DNA of 64,000 nucleotides from an uncultured Holophagales bacterium (GTDB lineage Bacteria; Acidobacteriota; Thermoanaerobaculia; Multivoradales; UBA5704): NCBI GenBank assembly GCA_963842525.1, contig CAWJGT010000003.1, positions 1,152,001 to 1,216,000 of the forward strand, read 5' to 3'. Shown piece by piece: positions 60,675 to 64,000 of this stretch (position 1 is its first letter; each line of letters starts with the position of its first letter). The notes under the pieces were generated by a model. It saw only the letters and a program-made list of their open reading frames with translations, ran no database searches and was not told where the DNA came from. The position numbers and the translations under genes were made by a program.

Positions 60675-61721
60675 TCAGGCCGCAATGGGACGCCCTGAGG
60701 CGCGCTGCAGCGCCTGCGGCGGCACTTCGAATTCGACCGGGCGCAGGTAGAGGCCCACGCGCGGCGGCATTGTGGCGCTGGTGCGCACGCTGAGGATCGA
60801 GAAACGCCCCGGCCAGACGTCGTCCTCCGGCGTGAAGGCCGCCAGCCAGCGCTCCAGGGCCGTGAGCTCGCGCGGACGCTCGCTCAAGCCCAGCGTCAGC
60901 AGGGAGAGGAACTCGGCCGGCAGGTCGGGGATCATGCCCAGCAGCACGTAGATTTCGAGCTCGACCCCGTCGGGCGACCGGCCGACGCCGATCAGCGTGG
61001 CCTGGGCCGGCAGGTCGAAGCGTCCGCCGAGCGCGAGCCCGAGGATCTGCAGGAGGCCGGGCATGCGCTGGCCGAGCCCGAGCGCATCGAGCAGCGGCTG
61101 CAGATCGGCGAGGCGCAACGGCCGCGGATGGGCGAAGGTGAGCCGCTGGCCGCCCGCATCGCGTTGCGCCGCGAGGGTGGTGAACAGCGGCACCAGCCCG
61201 GGCATGACCGAAAGCGCCGTCGACGCGACGCCGAAGAGCCCCATGGGCAGCGCGTCGATCTGTCCGGGTCCGGTCTCGTAGTACACCTTCGACGAGAAGA
61301 GCCCGTCGCGGTCATGGCCGGTGCCGAAGAAGGCGCCGTAATGGAGGTTCGATCCGGAGCCGAAGCCGCGCCAGGGCTCGCTGCGCTCGTCGAACCAGTG
61401 CAGGGCTTCGCGTCCGAAGAAGCTGCCCACCAGCCGGCGCATCTCGCGCGTCGCTTCGTCGCGCCGGTCCAGGCCCGAGGCCTCGGGCCCCAGCGGTTGC
61501 AGGTTGAAACGCAACGTGCCGGGCTGCAGCTCCGAATAGGACGGCTCGATGGGCGCCGCGCCGGGCGTCAGGGCATTGTCCGCATAACGCGGGTCGCCCT
61601 CGGGGAGAGTGAAGGTGCGGTCGAGCAGCCCCCGCATCGTAGGTGTGGGATCGGCGGTGCCGAGCCGCTGGGCCGCATGGCTCAGAAGGTTCGCCACCCG
61701 TGAAGCCAGTGCCTTTGCCAT
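60675..61721 (-). CDS. Hypothetical protein, possibly ABBA/DMATS prenyltransferase-like
   Basis: PIEPSYS..LRF, FFG..D..SKVYYE, ELEIYV and GLYLRP pattern; GGAGG RBS. The fold call is inference. Confidence 0.6.
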   Translation of the reverse strand: MAKALASRVANLLSHAAQRLGTADPTPTMRGLLDRTFTLPEGDPRYADNALTPGAAPIEPSYSELQPGTLRFNLQPLGPEASGLDRRDEATREMRRLVGSFFGREALHWFDERSEPWRGFGSGSNLHYGAFFGTGHDRDGLFSSKVYYETGPGQIDALPMGLFGVASTALSVMPGLVPLFTTLAAQRDAGGQRLTFAHPRPLRLADLQPLLDALGLGQRMPGLLQILGLALGGRFDLPAQATLIGVGRSPDGVELEIYVLLGMIPDLPAEFLSLLTLGLSERPRELTALERWLAAFTPEDDVWPGRFSILSVRTSATMPPRVGLYLRPVEFEVPPQALQRASGRPIAA

Positions 61722-61748
61722 GATGTTCCTCCGTGTCTCCTGTGGCGC

Positions 61749-63470
61749 TCAGTGGCGCGTCATGCCCATGCCCAGCCCGAGCCCGGGCAATCCCGCCTGC
61801 TCCAGCATGTCGCGGGCGATCGAGGGGATCTGTACCGGCCGGGAGGTCATCACCGGCGATTCGCGCGGCTGCGACAGCTCCTCGACGCGGTCGTCGGACG
61901 TTGCGGTGTCGGCGAGCCACAGCTCGCAGGCGTTGACCAGGTCGTAGTCGGTGGGCTTGGTGGTGGCCTTCGGGCCGGCCGTCGACGGATACGCCGACAG
62001 CACCTCGTCGAGGTCGACGATGCGCGAGCTGGCCGGCCGGTTGAAGCGCTCCACGTTGTTGCCCAGCCAGGCGGTGATGATGGCGCCGCACGTCGCCAGC
62101 GTCCGGTAGCGTGCGCTGTTGCGGGCGCCGCCCAGCTCCAGCGTCGCCACTTGGTCGATCACCTGCCACATGTCGCGCGCCCCGTACGCGCCCATGACCT
62201 CCGGGTCGCCGAGGAGGTTGATCATCATTTGAATCTGGTCGCGCAGCTCGCGCGCGGCGAAGAAGGCCATCCCATACCCGTGCGACGACAGGTTGAGCGC
62301 GAGGTCGCGGGCCGCCTTGCGCACCTGCTGCTGGCTCAACGCGCCCGGCACGCGGTCGCGTACGTAATGATCGACCGTGCCCTGGCGCACCAGCTTGGAG
62401 ACCGAGGAGACGAAGCGGATCCACAGGTCGTTGAACTCCCGGTTCGTATTGCCGTTGCCGTCGCCGCCCGGGATTCCCAAGGTCAGCGCGTAGAAGTTGC
62501 GCCGCTCGGCCTCGGAGATCCGGTTCGGCGTGCTCTTCCAATAGTCATAGAGCATCCTGCCGGCCTTGCCGCTGCCGATGGGGAGCATGCCGTTTTGCGA
62601 CAGCTCGACCAGCTTTTCCACCACGGAGAAGGCTTTCAGCTCGTCGAACATCGCCGCGCAGATGATCGGCCCCATCAGCTTCACATTCTCGGACTGAATT
62701 TGATAATCGGTCGCATCGTTGAGGTCCGGCAACGAGATCCCGATGTCGGTGAACGGTTTTTCGACGCCTTCTCCCTGGATGGCGTCCAGGCATTCGTTGA
62801 CGCGCCGCTTGAGCTGCGGCTCGTCGGCCGTGATGCCCTTGCTGCGCAGACAACGGACGACCTGCGCGAGCTCGGCGGTGTCGACCACTCCAGCCACTTT
62901 GTCATCGTCGCTCTTGTCGCCCACGTCTTCGAGGATGGAAAGGACCAGCTTCGCCAGCTCGAAGCCGTCCTGTGTCTCGCCGAAGGCCGCATAGAAAGCT
63001 CTACTGAACCGGCCGTGCTCAGGGTCCGTCTTGTCTGCCACGATTTCAGGATCACCTGACTTGGGGGTAGGCTGCACGGTCAGGCGCGGGAGCCGAGCCC
63101 GATCGATCGCCAGCAGGCCGAGGACCAGCGAGACGGTGACGACGTCCTCGAACTCCAGGGCAGCCTTGGGAGCAGCCTTGGGGATGGCCTGCAGCTTTCC
63201 CTGGTCATGATTCACCAGGGTCTTGTCGGGAAGGACGCCGCTCAGGTTGAGGTAGTCGCGAGCGGCGACGTACAGCGGGTCGGCCACCTCGAGCTTCGGG
63301 GCCACGGCCAGGCGTTTGAGGAGCTTTTCGATCCGTTCGAGGTTCTCGTTCTCTTCCTTCGTCAGCGGCACCTTCTTTTTGAGGCGGTCCCTGTCGATCC
63401 GCAGAGTTTCTCGCTCCTCTTCGTCGCGCGCTACGAGGTCATGGAAAACGATGTCGGTCACGGCGGCCAT
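61749..63470 (-). CDS. Unknown family A protein 1 (N-terminal extension)
   Basis: 573-aa ORF with an AGGAG RBS; C-terminal domain paralogous to 57179..58114. Confidence 0.88.
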   Translation of the reverse strand: MAAVTDIVFHDLVARDEEERETLRIDRDRLKKKVPLTKEENENLERIEKLLKRLAVAPKLEVADPLYVAARDYLNLSGVLPDKTLVNHDQGKLQAIPKAAPKAALEFEDVVTVSLVLGLLAIDRARLPRLTVQPTPKSGDPEIVADKTDPEHGRFSRAFYAAFGETQDGFELAKLVLSILEDVGDKSDDDKVAGVVDTAELAQVVRCLRSKGITADEPQLKRRVNECLDAIQGEGVEKPFTDIGISLPDLNDATDYQIQSENVKLMGPIICAAMFDELKAFSVVEKLVELSQNGMLPIGSGKAGRMLYDYWKSTPNRISEAERRNFYALTLGIPGGDGNGNTNREFNDLWIRFVSSVSKLVRQGTVDHYVRDRVPGALSQQQVRKAARDLALNLSSHGYGMAFFAARELRDQIQMMINLLGDPEVMGAYGARDMWQVIDQVATLELGGARNSARYRTLATCGAIITAWLGNNVERFNRPASSRIVDLDEVLSAYPSTAGPKATTKPTDYDLVNACELWLADTATSDDRVEELSQPRESPVMTSRPVQIPSIARDMLEQAGLPGLGLGMGMTRH

Positions 63471-63499
63471 TTTGCATCTCCTTGCTTTCAGGGTTCAGT

Positions 63500-64000
63500 T
63501 CATTCCTCGTCGACAGAGTACGCGTCCTCCGGGAGGGAGCTGTCGATGAAGGCGTCCAACGCCTGCAGCGCCGCATGGGAATCGAGCACTCCCGCGCCGC
63601 ACCCCGCGGGCGCCGGAGCCGGAAAGGGAGCGGCCGATTCCATCAGCAGGCTGCGCAGGCAAGCGCCGTCGACCGGCGTCGCGCGGCGCCGGGCGCGGGA
63701 GACCATCAGCGCCGCCGTGGCGGCCACGAAGGGTGCGGCGAAGCTGGTGCCGGTGGCAAGTTGGTACTCCGTGAGCGCGAGGGTGCGGACGCGCTCGCCC
63801 GGCGCGCACAGGGCCACATGCCCGCCGCGGGTGGAAAACGTGCTGGGTATGCCGCGCTCGCCGGCCGAGCCCACGGCGATCACGCCCGGATAGGCGGCCG
63901 GCCAGTAGCGCGTCTCCTTGCCGTTGTTGCCGCTCGCGGCCACCAGGATGCAGCCGTGATCGAGGGCGTACTCCACGACGTCCCGGTGCGGCTTCGGGCT
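63500..64000 (-). CDS. S8 subtilisin-like serine protease, C-terminal part
   Basis: VAASGNNG (oxyanion Asn), WPAAYPGVIAVG and catalytic GTSFAAPFV. The 5' end lies outside the window. Confidence 0.92.
   Translation of the reverse strand, partial: SPKPHRDVVEYALDHGCILVAASGNNGKETRYWPAAYPGVIAVGSAGERGIPSTFSTRGGHVALCAPGERVRTLALTEYQLATGTSFAAPFVAATAALMVSRARRRATPVDGACLRSLLMESAAPFPAPAPAGCGAGVLDSHAALQALDAFIDSSLPEDAYSVDEE

Noticed and set aside
55820-64000. Contractile injection system, encapsulin or cyanobactin cluster
   Set aside because: No recognisable sheath, tube, baseplate, HK97 capsid, YcaO or PatE-like precursor in the visible part. Upstream genes could change this.
1-64000. tRNA, rRNA, transposase or integrase genes
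   Set aside because: None recognised by eye; tRNAscan and Infernal could not be run.

Overview
A GC-rich bacterial window. The gene repertoire and repeat families suggest a Thermoanaerobaculia-like Acidobacteriota genome; this is an inference. At least eight genes carry single-base frameshifts, most likely uncorrected long-read indels, so several long ORFs in the track are false fusions. In order, the window holds: a partial NCS2 permease; a carbamoyltransferase with an SCP2-like insert; and a LacI-regulated TonB/GH144/ABC/GH94 locus, probably for beta-1,2-glucan, interwoven with palindromic repeats, some inserted in frame inside a gene. Next come a toxin-antitoxin hotspot, an S9 peptidase, a copper amine oxidase, a nitrilase-fold/wHTH pair, a GH1 glucosidase and cspA. 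These are followed by an orphan LanC with two lanthipeptide precursors (one missing from the ORF track), pseudopilins, an ECF sigma/anti-sigma module, tandem PQQ-type dehydrogenases, a baeRF protein and an ABC resistance transporter. A duplication or integration scar carries a PIN toxin-antitoxin pair and a TPR-CHAT protease. The strongest candidate for an undescribed system is the minus-strand operon at 55.8-64 kb. It encodes an S8 subtilase, two paralogs of an unknown helical family, a possible ABBA-prenyltransferase-like protein, and three paralogs of a second unknown family. Each of those three has an N-terminal helical pro-segment, a shared ARA(L/Q)(A/S) linker motif and a long Ser/Thr-rich predicted beta-hairpin, suggesting a protease-activated hetero-oligomeric pore or filament.
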